Source: Candidatus Spongiisociaceae bacterium
GTDB taxonomy: Bacteria; Actinomycetota; Acidimicrobiia; Spongiisociales; Spongiisociaceae
DNA: 64,000 nt
Direction: 5' to 3'
Assembly (NCBI GenBank): GCA_965219685.1
Contig: CBDCOH010000002.1
Span: 2,592,001 to 2,656,000 of the forward strand
The notes beneath the pieces are model-generated. The model saw only the letters and a list, made by a program, of their open reading frames with translations, ran no database searches and was not told where the DNA came from. This document shows, in pieces, positions 1 through 9,916 of this stretch; the first letter of the stretch is position 1, and each line of letters opens with the position of its first letter. The position numbers and the translations under genes were made by a program.

Positions 1-147
1 CTGGTATCGGCGGACCTTGAGGAGTTGATCGGGATCTCGGATCGGATCCTCGTGATCCTGCGAGGCCGCTTGGTGGGCGAGTTCGATCCCGCGGCGATCG
101 GGCCGGAGGATCTGGGTGCTGCCATGACGGGAGCCGATGCCGCGTGA
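1..147 (+). CDS. Nucleoside/sugar (CUT2-type) ABC transporter ATP-binding protein, C-terminal fragment
   Basis: Frame 1 reads LVSADLEELIGISDRILVILRGRLVGEFDPAAIGPEDLGAAMTG, a typical C-terminus of dual-domain CUT2 ATPases; its TGA overlaps the next GTG (GTGA 144-147). Confidence 0.85.
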   Translation: MVSADLEELIGISDRILVILRGRLVGEFDPAAIGPEDLGAAMTGADAA

Positions 148-1244
148 TCGAGACCCGCATCGAACGTGTTCTGCTCCAGTTGATCGCGCCGGTGGTCGCC
201 ATCTTCTTCGCCGCCCTCCTGGCCGCTGCCATCCTCCACTTCACGGGCGCCGACGCCGGAAGCGTGCTCGGCGAAGTGGTTGCGTTCGGGACCACGCCGG
301 CGAGCCTGGTGGCTGTGGTCAACAAAGCCACGACGTTCTACCTGGCAGGAATTGCCGGCGCGATCGGGTTCCGGATGCTGCTCTTCAACATCGGCATCGA
401 CGGGCAGTACCGGCTTGCGGTGTTCTTCGCCGCGGTGGTGGGCGCGTCGGTGTCGCTTCCGCCGGTCCTCCATGTCACGCTCATCATCCTCGTCGCCATG
501 GTGGTCGGCGCCGGATGGGCGGCACTCGCCGGTTACATCAAGGTGACGCGCGGGGTCTCGGAGGTCATCAGCACGATCATGCTCAACGCCGTCGCAACCG
601 GAATCATCGCCTACCTCCTCGCTCCTGGAAGACTGGCCGAGCAAGCGGCCGGTAGTAACAACATCCGGACCACACCGATACCGGCCTCCGGGTGGTTTCC
701 CGGTTTCGAGGTCGCAGGCAAGGAGGTGTTCGGCTTCACGCTGGTGGCGGTGGCTCTGGGCATCGCCTTCTGGATCCTCCTCAACCGGACCCGCTTCGGC
801 TTCGAGCTGCGCGCCAGCGGCCTCTCGCTCCGGGCTGCCGCGGTCAGCGGCGTCAACTCCAAGCGCATGATCTTCGTGACGATGGTCATGTCCGGAGCGA
901 TGGCCGGTCTGGTGGGGATACCCCAACTCCTCGGGTCGTCTCACCAGTACGGCCTCGACTTCCCGGCCGGCTTCGGGTTCACCGGCCTCGCCATCGCGAT
1001 CCTCGGCCGTAACCATCCCCTGGGCGTCGCCTTCGGTGCCCTGCTCTGGGCGTGGCTGGAGCGATCCTCCCAGATTCTCGACCTGCTCGGCGTGTCGCGC
1101 GAGATAGTGACCATCATGCAGGCCACGATCGTGTTGAGCGTGGTGGTGGCCTATGAGGTAGTCCGCAGGGTCAACGTGCGCCGGCAGCAGAAGCTGGTCG
1201 GCCGGAGCGAACACGGAGGCATCGAGAACGGGGCAACCGCGTGA
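144..1244 (+). CDS. Nucleoside ABC transporter permease (NupB-like)
   Basis: LFNIGIDGQ, GVSEVISTIMLN, TRFGFELRASG and GFTGLAIAILGRNHPLG motifs; multi-TM. Confidence 0.9.
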   Translation: MIETRIERVLLQLIAPVVAIFFAALLAAAILHFTGADAGSVLGEVVAFGTTPASLVAVVNKATTFYLAGIAGAIGFRMLLFNIGIDGQYRLAVFFAAVVGASVSLPPVLHVTLIILVAMVVGAGWAALAGYIKVTRGVSEVISTIMLNAVATGIIAYLLAPGRLAEQAAGSNNIRTTPIPASGWFPGFEVAGKEVFGFTLVAVALGIAFWILLNRTRFGFELRASGLSLRAAAVSGVNSKRMIFVTMVMSGAMAGLVGIPQLLGSSHQYGLDFPAGFGFTGLAIAILGRNHPLGVAFGALLWAWLERSSQILDLLGVSREIVTIMQATIVLSVVVAYEVVRRVNVRRQQKLVGRSEHGGIENGATA

Positions 1245-2473
1245 AGACTATCCGCGAGCCCAGGTCTTCGCCCTCGATCTGGGGACGATGGTGGGTGCGG
1301 GTGCTGCTGGCCCTCCTGCTGCTGTCGGCGGTCGCCGACATTGCGAACACCCCGGACCTGCTGTCACGCGGCGCTGTGAGCGCCTCGCTCCGATTTGCGG
1401 TTCCGATCGTCCTGGCCGGGCTCGGCGGGTTGTGGGCGGAGCGCTGCGGCGTCATCAATATCGGCCTCGAGGGCATGATGATCATCGGTACCTGGATGGG
1501 GGCGTGGGCCGGGTTCCAGTGGAGTCCCTGGGTCGGAGTGCTGGCTGCGGTCGCGGGCGGGGCGGTGTTCGGCGCTTTCCACGCCCTGATGACGGTCTCG
1601 TTCGGCGTGGATCAGGCCGTTTCGGGCATCGCCATCAACGTTGCCGCCCTGGGACTGGGCCGGTTCCTGTCGTCGATCTTCTTCGAAGGCCAGCCGGGAG
1701 GAGGGATCAGCCAGTCACCGCACGTCGGCCAGATCGCAAACGTGTCGGTCCCCGGTCTCGCCGAAGTGCTCGATCCGATCGCGCGGCTGGAGACCCCGGT
1801 GATCTCGGACATCGCCGAGATCGGACTCGGCGTGACCACCGGCGTGTCGCTCCTGACCCTGCTGGCGGCCATGCTGGTGTTCCTGTCGTGGTGGGTCCTC
1901 TTCCGGACCAGCTTCGGGCTGCGGCTGCGGGCCTGCGGTGAGAACCCGGCGGCAGCGGATTCTCTCGGAGTGAACCCGAACCGGATGCGCTACGCGGCAC
2001 TCACGGTGTCGGGCGCCCTGGCAGGCCTCGGCGGGGCCTTTTTGGTGACGGTGGCTTCCTCGATCTACCGCGAAGGGCAGGTGGCGGGACGCGGATTCAT
2101 CGGTCTGGCCACGGTCATCTTCGGGAACTGGATGCCGGGTCGCCTCACCATCGGAGCACTTCTCTTCGGGTTCACCGACGCGCTCCGGACCCGCCAGGAG
2201 ACCACGATGACGGCCCTGCTGATCGTCGGGGCGGTGGTGTTCGCCTTCCTTACCGTCCGGGCTATACGCACCCGCAATCGAGGCGCGACCTTCGCGTATG
2301 CGATCGCCGCGGTGGGTCTGGGCTGGTGGTTCCTGGGCTTCGGAGTCGTCCCGTCGGAATTCGTCGGCTTCGCTCCGCACCTGACCACGCTGCTCGTTCT
2401 GTCCCTGGCGCACCAGAAGATTCGCCCTCCGCAGGGAATCGGCGTTCCCTACCGGCGCAGCGAGGCCAACTGA
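1241..2473 (+). CDS. Nucleoside ABC transporter permease (NupC-like)
   Basis: ERCGVINIGLEGMM, FGLRLRACGENP and GRGFIGLATVIFGNW motifs; GTGA overlap with the upstream permease. Confidence 0.9.
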   Translation: MKTIREPRSSPSIWGRWWVRVLLALLLLSAVADIANTPDLLSRGAVSASLRFAVPIVLAGLGGLWAERCGVINIGLEGMMIIGTWMGAWAGFQWSPWVGVLAAVAGGAVFGAFHALMTVSFGVDQAVSGIAINVAALGLGRFLSSIFFEGQPGGGISQSPHVGQIANVSVPGLAEVLDPIARLETPVISDIAEIGLGVTTGVSLLTLLAAMLVFLSWWVLFRTSFGLRLRACGENPAAADSLGVNPNRMRYAALTVSGALAGLGGAFLVTVASSIYREGQVAGRGFIGLATVIFGNWMPGRLTIGALLFGFTDALRTRQETTMTALLIVGAVVFAFLTVRAIRTRNRGATFAYAIAAVGLGWWFLGFGVVPSEFVGFAPHLTTLLVLSLAHQKIRPPQGIGVPYRRSEAN

Positions 2474-2504
2474 TGGGGTCGAATCCCCCGGAAGGAGAGG
2501 GAAC

Positions 2505-3506
2505 ATGGTGAGAGGACGGTACTGGGAAGGTCCGGTGCTGCGGTCCGTGGCGAACGTGGTGGACCGCTCGCAGCATGTCCATACGTCGAAGGACGCCGTG
2601 GACCGGGTTGCCGCGTGGATGGCCTACGAGGAGTTTTCGTTCCCACGCGGCGGGGCGGTCGGCGAGTTCGACGTGGGCTCCGACCCTGACGACATCATCG
2701 ATGTCACCATGCTGGTGTCGACCCTGAACTTCGCCTTCACGGACTTCGACACCGGACGCAAGTTCGAGGCCGACTACAAGGGGCAGACCTGGTCGGACAG
2801 CCTCGGAATGTTCGCCTGCCTCCATCAGGCCCTCTCGAACGGCGTCCCGCTGCTCGAAGGCCAGTACCTGGCGTCGGTCACGAGAGATGATCTCGATGAC
2901 ATCTTCCGGGGCAACATCGAGATGCCGATGCTCGACGAGCGCAGCGAGATCCTCAACGAGGTAGGGGCTGTGCTGGTGGATCGGTACGGGGGCCGGTTCC
3001 ATCGTTTCGTCCGCAGCTGCGCCCCGGCGATGTACGCGGAAGGTGACGGGCTCATGGAACGGCTCATAGCCGAGTTCCCCCGGTTCGATGACACGAGCAC
3101 CTATCACGGTGCGAACGTGCACATCCACAAGCTCGCCCAACTGGGTCTGTGGACCCTGCACATGGCGCTGCACGCCTCCGGCGAGTGGAGCCTCAGGGAC
3201 CTGTCGATGACAACCGCCTTCGCCGACTACATCGTTCCGGTGGCCTTGGAGGTGATGGGAATCTTCGAGTACACCCCCGAGTTGTCGACCCGCATCGCCG
3301 AGGGCCACATGATCGAGCGTGACAGCGATGAGGAGATCGAGATCCGGGCCCATACCCTGTACGCCACCGCGCTGTTGACGGACGCCATCAACGCTCTGAG
3401 GCCTGCAGACCTCAGCGTTGTGATCCCCCAGGTCGATTTCCGTCTGTGGTCGAAGTACCACGCCACCTTCCGTCCCCACCATCTGACCAGAACGGTGATG
3501 TACTGA
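2505..3506 (+). CDS. qng1: Queuosine salvage family protein (DUF2419 / Qng1-like queuosine nucleoside/nucleotide hydrolase)
   Basis: LNFAF, HKLAQL, TAFADYIVP, DSDEEIEIRA, VDFRLW and C-terminal HHLTRTVMY match the Q_salvage family pattern; RBS AAGGAG upstream. Confidence 0.85.
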   Translation: MVRGRYWEGPVLRSVANVVDRSQHVHTSKDAVDRVAAWMAYEEFSFPRGGAVGEFDVGSDPDDIIDVTMLVSTLNFAFTDFDTGRKFEADYKGQTWSDSLGMFACLHQALSNGVPLLEGQYLASVTRDDLDDIFRGNIEMPMLDERSEILNEVGAVLVDRYGGRFHRFVRSCAPAMYAEGDGLMERLIAEFPRFDDTSTYHGANVHIHKLAQLGLWTLHMALHASGEWSLRDLSMTTAFADYIVPVALEVMGIFEYTPELSTRIAEGHMIERDSDEEIEIRAHTLYATALLTDAINALRPADLSVVIPQVDFRLWSKYHATFRPHHLTRTVMY

Positions 3507-4702
3507 CCTGGCTGCTCCGGCGAACCGGCCCCGGCGGCTATCGGGCCGTGATGCGCATACCTGGGGCCCGGCCTCTGCTGTGGTTCGGGCTGGTCGGTCG
3601 GTTTCCCAACTCCATGTACCCGGTCGGCCTGGTGTTCGCAGTGGAGGCGATCACGGGATCGTACGGGTTGGCGGGCTCGGCCTCGGCGGGCTTCAGCCTC
3701 GCCGGAGCGGTGGCGAAGCCCATCGGCGGACGGCTCGTGGACCGCTACGGCCAGCGCCTCGCGGCGCGGTCCCTGCTGGCAGCCTTCGTAGCTTGCACCG
3801 TGGGCCTGCTGGTGGCGATCAGGGCGGTGGCGGCGCCGTGGATAATCGTGCTGGTGGCGGTCGGTGCGGGGCTGACCGCGCCCACCATAGGCGCCCTGAC
3901 CCGGGTCCGCTGGACCCGGATGGCCGAGGCTTCCGACATGCCACGGTGGCAGGCCCTGGAGTCGGCGAGCGATGAGATCAACTTCATCGTCGGTCCTTCG
4001 GCGGTCTCGGTCATGGCGGCCTGGGTGACGGCTTCGGCATCCCTGGTGGCCGCGACGGCGTTGGCGATCGTAGGCACGCTCGGGGTGACATCACTACCGG
4101 GCGAGCCGCGGGCGGGCCGCGCGAACCGGCCGAGAGCCGGGAACTGGATCAGGGCAACCCATCTTGCCGTACTCGGTTCGGTGGGCGGTCTCGGGATGGT
4201 CCTGGGCGGTGTCACCGTTACGGTCGTCGCCTATACGGCCGAACTCGGATATCCCGCCTGGTCAGCAGTGATCTTTCCCCTCAATGCCGGGGCCAGCTTG
4301 GTGGCCGCGCTGTTCATAGGTCGCATCGGACCTGGCGACCTCATGTCCCAACACCGTAAGGCAACAGTCTGGCTCCTGTTGGTGCTGCTCCCGTACGGCC
4401 TCGGTAACGGCCTCCTGTGGTTCACGGCTACGGCGATGATCGCGGGCCTGGGAACGTCGCCGAACCTGATCCAGGTCAATTCGCTGGCTGTCGCAACCAC
4501 CCCGCCCGAGCGGCGGACCGAGGCACTCTCGTGGATCGCTGCTGCGGCCGGTGTCGGCATCGCCGCCGGATCGGCGATCACCGGCCTGCTGGTGGATGCC
4601 GTCGGTGCTGACGCGGCCCGGATAGCGGTCACCGCTTTCGGTGCTTGTCCCGCCGCTATTACGGTCGCCATGACCTTGACCGGACGGAGAGCGAACCGAT
4701 GA
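3503..4702 (+). CDS. MFS transporter
   Basis: About 12 hydrophobic segments and motif A (GRLVDRYGQR); start uncertain (CTG 3503 overlapping the upstream TGA, or GTG/ATG at 3548/3551). Confidence 0.85.
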   Translation: MTWLLRRTGPGGYRAVMRIPGARPLLWFGLVGRFPNSMYPVGLVFAVEAITGSYGLAGSASAGFSLAGAVAKPIGGRLVDRYGQRLAARSLLAAFVACTVGLLVAIRAVAAPWIIVLVAVGAGLTAPTIGALTRVRWTRMAEASDMPRWQALESASDEINFIVGPSAVSVMAAWVTASASLVAATALAIVGTLGVTSLPGEPRAGRANRPRAGNWIRATHLAVLGSVGGLGMVLGGVTVTVVAYTAELGYPAWSAVIFPLNAGASLVAALFIGRIGPGDLMSQHRKATVWLLLVLLPYGLGNGLLWFTATAMIAGLGTSPNLIQVNSLAVATTPPERRTEALSWIAAAAGVGIAAGSAITGLLVDAVGADAARIAVTAFGACPAAITVAMTLTGRRANR

Positions 4703-5706
4703 CCACACCCATCTTGCTGGATGTCGACACCGGAATCGATGACGCGCTCGCCCTCCTCTACGCGGTGGCCTCCGCCGACGCCCGCCTTGTGGGTGTCAGT
4801 TGCGTCGCGGGCAACGTTTCGCTGGACGAGGTCACAGCCAACACGGCCGCCGTCCTGGATCTGGCCGGATGCCCGGAGACGGAGGTGTCGCCCGGCTGTG
4901 CCCGGCCGATCGAGCGACCGCTCGTCATCACCCCGGAGACCCATGGGCCCACCGGTACCGGGCATGAACGTCTCACGGCATCGCCCCAGCGGATAAGCGC
5001 CAGGTCCGGGGTCGATCTGATAGTCGACACCGCCCGTTCGCATCCGGGGGAGGTAACACTGGTGGCGCTCGGACCGCTGACGAACGTTGCGGTGGCCCTC
5101 GATCGGGAGCCTCGCCTGCTGTACCTGCTCAAGCGATTGGTGATCATGGGGGGTTGCTTCACCGTTGCCGGCAACACTGCTCCTCGTACCGAATGGAACA
5201 TGCATGTCGACCCGGAGGCGGCCAAGGCGGTATTCTCCGCCGCCGGTCGGGGTGCTCGCAGCTTGCCGCTCGTGATGCCGCTGGACCTGACCGAGCATGC
5301 GCGCCTCCTACCGGGCCACGTCTCGCGGATGGCCGAACTCGCCGGAACCGCGATGGAATCGCTGCAACCGCTGGTCTCCGGAGCTCACCCGCTGATGTCC
5401 TTCATCGCCAACGCGCTCAGGTTCTACATGGAGTTCCATCACCGCTACGACGGTTTCTACGGAGCCTTCGTCCACGATCCCTTCGCGGTAGCGGCCGCGA
5501 TGGATCCGTCCCTGGTGACTGTCGTGGAGACCACTGTCGATGTGGAGACGACCGGAGATCTGACGACCGGCGAATCCGTGGCGGACTTCAGAGGCTCCTG
5601 GGGCCGCGGCCGCAATGCCGCAGTCGCCTTGGACGGACGAGCGGACCTGTTCCTGGAACGCCTCGTGGTCAGGATCGGAGAACTGGCCGGCCGCCGGAGC
5701 GGGTAG
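4699..5706 (+). CDS. Nucleoside hydrolase (IUNH family)
   Basis: N-terminal DVDTGIDD (DxDxxxDD) motif, LGPLTN, EWNMHVDPEAA and VHDP; ATGA overlap with the MFS gene. Confidence 0.92.
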   Translation: MTTPILLDVDTGIDDALALLYAVASADARLVGVSCVAGNVSLDEVTANTAAVLDLAGCPETEVSPGCARPIERPLVITPETHGPTGTGHERLTASPQRISARSGVDLIVDTARSHPGEVTLVALGPLTNVAVALDREPRLLYLLKRLVIMGGCFTVAGNTAPRTEWNMHVDPEAAKAVFSAAGRGARSLPLVMPLDLTEHARLLPGHVSRMAELAGTAMESLQPLVSGAHPLMSFIANALRFYMEFHHRYDGFYGAFVHDPFAVAAAMDPSLVTVVETTVDVETTGDLTTGESVADFRGSWGRGRNAAVALDGRADLFLERLVVRIGELAGRRSG

Positions 5707-5819
5707 GAGCACATTGAGACGTCGGTCCCCGAAGGCTGAAGATCATGTCGGAGGTCGCCGAGCGGGCCTATTCAACCGTCGTACGGCCTCGCCGCGATCG
5801 CCGAGCGGGGATCGGTTGA

Positions 5820-6635
5820 TCAGAGGGCATCGGCCGCCGGGTAGGTTCCCAGGATGTGCAACTCCGCGAGGGTCGCAGGCCGCGGCTCTAGTACGGCCCG
5901 GACACCCTCGGGTCCGGGCCGGTGGAGCATGTCCGCGTAGAACCGGTACTTCCACGCTTCCTCGGCCGGTCGCGATTCCAACCTGGTCAGGTTGGCGCCT
6001 CGCAGTCCTAGTTCCGTCAGGGAGAGAGCGAGCGCTCCCGGGGAGTGAGCGGTCGCGAACACGAACGACGTCTTGTTCGCGTCCGGCGCCACTTGATAAC
6101 CGTCGGCTACGAGGACGACGAATCGGGTGGTGTTGTGCTCCCGGTCCATGAAGTCCTTTGCCAGCACAACCACGCTCTCGTCGAGCGCGGTGTCGGGCGG
6201 CGCGAGGGCCGCCGCGGTCGGGTCCCCCATCTCCACTATCAGCCGCACCGCTCCCGCCGTGTCGTGGGTGGCAAGCGGTTCCCATCCGGCCTGTTCGATC
6301 CGGTCGTCGGCCTGGGCCAGAGCCTGGGGATGGGAATGGACCGTCCTGATCATCTGGAGCGTCGCCCCGGCCAGCCCGATCACGGCATGGCGTACCTCGA
6401 CGAGATGCTCCCCAATTATTGAAGCACGGCTCCTGGTAAGCCTATCCAGAACCGGCAGGACGCTTCCCGTCGTGGAGTTCTCGATGGGGAGCATCAGCCG
6501 GTCCACCTCACCGTCGCGCAAGGCGTGGAAAGCGTGCGCGAAACCGCTGAAACCGAACCGCTCCGCATCCGGGAACAGTTCCCGGACCGCCTGGTCCGAA
6601 TACGATCGTCCTTCGCCCTGGTAGCCCACTCTCAT
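5820..6635 (-). CDS. pheA: Prephenate dehydratase
   Basis: PIENSTTGSV, SHPQALAQ, NTTRF and ACT domain NLTRLESRP; start placed at MRVGYQG. Confidence 0.92.
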   Translation of the reverse strand: MRVGYQGEGRSYSDQAVRELFPDAERFGFSGFAHAFHALRDGEVDRLMLPIENSTTGSVLPVLDRLTRSRASIIGEHLVEVRHAVIGLAGATLQMIRTVHSHPQALAQADDRIEQAGWEPLATHDTAGAVRLIVEMGDPTAAALAPPDTALDESVVVLAKDFMDREHNTTRFVVLVADGYQVAPDANKTSFVFATAHSPGALALSLTELGLRGANLTRLESRPAEEAWKYRFYADMLHRPGPEGVRAVLEPRPATLAELHILGTYPAADAL

Positions 6636-6741
6636 CGGCCGCAGGGTACCTGGCCCTGACAACCCCGAAACCGTCCGGTCGAGCCGCATCCAGCCGGGCC
6701 CGGCCGGCCTGCCGGGCCGCTCCGATACCATTCCCTCCGCA

Positions 6742-8286
<1,545 letters not shown>

Positions 8287-8331
8287 CGCTCACCGTCTCG
8301 CGGTTGAATCGGACTGCGGTAGCATGCCCGG

Positions 8332-8949
8332 ATGCCAGCGCGCGGTCCTCTAATCGACAGAGCTACACCGCGAAACGAAGGGTTCAACGCCCAGGCCAAC
8401 CTCCCCTACTCGCTCCGCATCGAGGACTTTCGCCTAGCCATGCTGGACGTCTACGACCTCCTGCATGACATCAACCAGGCTTTACTAACCCGAGGCGTCA
8501 AACGTTTCGAGGAAACGGTTCGGGCAGCCATATTCTCGGGCATTCTGAGTGATACGATCGCCGCCTCTCTCGCCCAGCACTCGCGCGTGCTGACCGAGAA
8601 CGAGTTCCACAATGGCCACCCGGACTTGATACCTACCGGGGTCTATCCGCACAACAAGGTTCAATCCGGACATGAGGGCGTCGAGGTCAAGGCGACCAAG
8701 GGACGCGGGGCGGTGGATACCCACGGAGCCCGGGACGCTTGGCTTGTCGTATTCCGGTACAAGGTGGATTCACAGTCCGAGCCAGCGATCGAACGGGCTC
8801 CCACGAGATTCATCGAGATACTCCTCGGTCAACTAACAACGGACGACTTCAGGCGCAACGAACGGGGGGAGCTAGGAACCCGAACGGCAAGTCCCAACCG
8901 TGCCGGTATGAAAAAGCTACGTGCCAACTGGATCTATCGAGAACTCTGA
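8332..8949 (+). CDS. Putative type II restriction endonuclease (PD-(D/E)xK)
   Basis: HPDL...GVEVKAT motif; convergent with and overlapping a DNA methyltransferase; own leaderless TAGCAT -10 box at 8320-8325. Confidence 0.6.
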   Translation: MPARGPLIDRATPRNEGFNAQANLPYSLRIEDFRLAMLDVYDLLHDINQALLTRGVKRFEETVRAAIFSGILSDTIAASLAQHSRVLTENEFHNGHPDLIPTGVYPHNKVQSGHEGVEVKATKGRGAVDTHGARDAWLVVFRYKVDSQSEPAIERAPTRFIEILLGQLTTDDFRRNERGELGTRTASPNRAGMKKLRANWIYREL

Positions 8950-9851
8950 TCCTCAACCTTCAATGCCGAGAGGGCAGGGATCGACTCCCTTGCGACCCCT
9001 ACGTAGTGGCGATCAATCTCTATGCCGATACTGGCGTATCCGACAGCCTCCGCAGCGGCGAGCGTCGAACCTGAACCGGCAAATGGGTCAAGCACCGTTC
9101 CCTCACCAAGAGGAAGAACCGCTCGAACGATCTGACGCAGAAAGGCCTGTGGTTTAAGACTGGGGTGGGGTGCCAGCCTCCGTTCGGTAGATCGGGTTGG
9201 CGCTGACCGGATCACATCCCCGAATGGGCGAGCATTCGAGATTCGACGCAACCCACCGGTCTTGTACTTCCGGAGATTGTCCATGACCCTCCCTTCGATG
9301 GGTCTCCGGAACAGCAGCCAAGGCTCCCACTGGGAGCGAGGCATGACGCTCACACCAGGGAACTCATCGTGTGCGTTCTTGGGCCGGTCCCCTCCTCGAA
9401 GCGTCTGGACGAGCCTCACCAATTCTCCACGCCGCTCCAACCCTGCTGCAGTCAGTGCCCGGGCGACGATATGGCTCACCAGAGGATTCGACGCAACCAG
9501 AACATGTGCACCCGGAACCAATACGGGCCTGAGGAACTCTCCCCACTCCACGAAGAAGAGTTCCAGCGCGTGAAGATCCCTTGGGCTCAGCGTCGTGAAT
9601 CTAGGTAGAGGAGACCGCTTCGAACCGTCGAAACTCGGGGGTATCCGCCAGACCCCGCCCCGGCCTTGGCGCAACTTGGTTTGCTGTTCTCTCGTGTACT
9701 CCACGAGACCGTACGGAGGATCGGTCACTACGCCGTGCAAGGTCTTCTCCGGCTGGCCCTCCAACCAGGTCATGCAGTCTCCCTCGTAGAGACGGGACTG
9801 CCCGTACTCGAAGGCCAAGGAGAGGCCCGCTGATCCCTGAGGGAACGACAT
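8934..9851 (-). CDS. Site-specific DNA methyltransferase, beta class (N6/N4 family)
   Basis: Catalytic TDPPY near the N-terminus; HPSLKP and SAM-binding DPFAGSGST near the C-terminus. Confidence 0.9.
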   Translation of the reverse strand: MSFPQGSAGLSLAFEYGQSRLYEGDCMTWLEGQPEKTLHGVVTDPPYGLVEYTREQQTKLRQGRGGVWRIPPSFDGSKRSPLPRFTTLSPRDLHALELFFVEWGEFLRPVLVPGAHVLVASNPLVSHIVARALTAAGLERRGELVRLVQTLRGGDRPKNAHDEFPGVSVMPRSQWEPWLLFRRPIEGRVMDNLRKYKTGGLRRISNARPFGDVIRSAPTRSTERRLAPHPSLKPQAFLRQIVRAVLPLGEGTVLDPFAGSGSTLAAAEAVGYASIGIEIDRHYVGVARESIPALSALKVEDQSSR

Positions 9852-9916
9852 ATGTGTAACTTAACATGTGGGTAGGACGGCAACGGTCGCCGGGGGCGAT
9901 GCACCGGTCCCCAGCG

